DNA from: Marsupella aquatica
Taxonomy: Eukaryota; Plantae; Marchantiophyta
DNA length: 64,000 bases
Direction of reading: 5' to 3'
Assembly (NCBI GenBank): GCA_973895155.1
Contig: OZ316891.1
Coordinates: 15,283,037 to 15,347,036, forward strand
The notes under the pieces are model-generated. The model saw only the letters and a list, made by a program, of their open reading frames with translations, did no database searches and had not been told where the DNA came from. The position numbers and the translations under genes were made by a program. Positions 62,401 to 64,000 of this stretch are shown here, one piece after another (the first letter of the stretch is position 1; each line of letters begins with the position of its first letter).

Positions 62401-64000
62401 GTGAGTTTGTAAGTTGTTCACGTTCTGAGTCCCAGCCGTAATTGTTCTGAATGGGAAAAGTGCTCTCTTTTCAATTTTGGTTGAGGTTGGTATTTAAATT
62501 TTTGATGTTTCCTTCTGATCTCAGCGATTCAAGACTGGAACAACGATAATGCCAAATTGGCTCGAAGAATGCTTCTTGCGGGGATTCCCCCGAAAGAACC
62601 GTTTCTACAGAAGACCCTCATGGGGTTGAGGAAGGATTTGTTACAAGACTTCCGTAAAGGAAGAGTCTCTTTGCCTGATTCGTGTTATTTATATGGGACA
62701 GCCGATCCAACTGGCACACTCGAACCGAATCAGGTTGCCATCACAATGTAAGAAGGAAGCATACTTGTCGATCGCTACTAAGGTGTCATCCCCATTGCTC
62801 GTTTCTGAATGCTAGTATTACCTCGTTTCCATTACAGTACTGAACGATAATGGAAATGTAACTATTGTCACTTCGTGCAACGATTCAATTTACTATGAAG
62901 TAACCAGGCGATCAAATATGGTGCATGTATTTCCAAGCTCTTCGTCTTGTGGAAAAGTTGAAGTGTCCTGTGATACGAGGCTTTCTTCTTCAGTGTTAGA
63001 AGAAAGGACTAGCACGACAGGAAATGAGACAGTCTCCAGTTAGTATATACGAGTGTCTTAAGCAATAAACTTTTCGTCTGAGGTTATTGAATACACGTAC
63101 TTAATGATGACTATTTCTGTGATATTTACACAATTTTCATGATGAGAAACATTTGAATGCTAGGAACGCTTACGATTTTTATTTCATTTTACATTGAATG
63201 TCGTAATGCAGGGGTTACGGACTTGTGTCTTGGCCACACGTAGGTGTATTTAAGAGCCCCGGGAAACACCCTGGGGATTTTCATGACTTTGAAGCCATTG
63301 CAAACAAGGAAATTCAAGACGTTGTTGGCAGTGGCAAGTACGTTATATTCTTCTCCACTAAAGGTTCGCGTTCTATTCCGGATGAGATTGCCAGCAGTGA
63401 TCTGGATGGCGATAAGTATTTCATAACTTGGAATGACGAGGTAAGATAAGAAAGTGCTATATCTTCTTTACTTTGGAGTTCAGGAATCTTGGATAAATTA
63501 AATGAATGCGCTGGCCAGGTTTAGGCAAAGGTGGCAATGGTACATCTACGTCCAGGTGGCAGGTTCCGTTGTTGTTTTGGTTCCGCTGAGGTTATCAGAA
63601 GTTGGTATTCACATCGGTAAAAATTGTCTGAAGCCTGAAAAGTCGTTAGTGTTTCTTCTTTTCCGCAGCTACTTGCCCACTACGCGGAGCACAAAGTCCG
63701 ATGGCTCAAAAAGCCAGACGAGAGCGTGGAGTCCGCCGTGTGCAAACCTGTGGATCTTCCGTGGGAAGAACTGGAAGACAGACTGATTTATAAATTCATC
63801 AATGCTCGCTTTAGTAACAGGTAGTCCCTCTATACCCGTGTGTCCAGAGCTCTCCATATTTTATAGTGAATGATTCTAAAGTACCGATGTAACTGAGGGA
63901 AGTGAATGAATTAAATTACTATCTATGGGAATGGTGCTGGTAGTAGACTACAAGCATGCTTGGCTGTTTGGTCTTGCATGACAGTTTCTGTGAGGGCATC
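56470..64000 (+). CDS. RNA-dependent RNA polymerase, RDR3/4/5 (gamma)-like, multi-exon, 3' end beyond the window; one apparent frameshift at ~59621-59650
   Basis: Exon peptides PHLRALGNLDFTTAF, LQRCFGPDRVLRVFF, KEGIIVGLRYYQY, EARCYMMHIHT...KYTARLQLALSQT, TDGAGYISVDLA, PSLIQIRLFHNGSASKGTLL, RKSMQKV, LSRELIVLLTLGGVP, YLYGTADPTGTL, KSPGKHPGD, IFFSTKGSRSIPDEIASSDLDGDKYFITWN. The start codon and exons around 58550-59480 are uncertain. Confidence 0.88.

Noticed and set aside
36550-64000. MULE, FES1 and RDR as a functional silencing gene cluster
   Set aside because: The TSD shows the MULE is an independent insertion, and proximity alone in a TE-rich plant genome is not evidence of linkage.

Overview
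Eukaryotic, intron-rich land-plant nuclear DNA; a non-seed plant such as a liverwort seems most likely, but that is inference. Three host genes look intact: a 3-exon Nodulin-like/NFD4-type MFS transporter (4266-8005 +), a 3-exon membrane-anchored ubiquitin-fold protein ending in CaaX CTIL (14367-12087 -) and a 6-exon Fes1/HspBP1 Hsp70 nucleotide-exchange factor (48137-50779 +). A multi-exon RDR3/4/5 (gamma-type) RNA-dependent RNA polymerase starts near 56470 (+) and runs off the window end; it has a DLDGD motif and one apparent frameshift. A VOC/glyoxalase gene (32997-33977 -) appears pseudogenised. Mobile DNA includes a decayed near-full-length Ty1/copia element (18872-25367 -), L1-type LINE remnants and a 9.67-kb Mutator-like element (36550-46216); a small plastid psbB insertion is also present. 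The Mutator-like element is the most notable feature. It has 309-bp TIRs and an 8-bp TSD, supported by an empty paralogous site elsewhere in this window. It encodes a spliced DDE-SWIM transposase plus two antisense accessory genes, one resembling the RPA70 C-terminal OB fold and one a spliced zinc-finger protein I do not recognise. All assignments come from reading motifs by eye; no searches were run.
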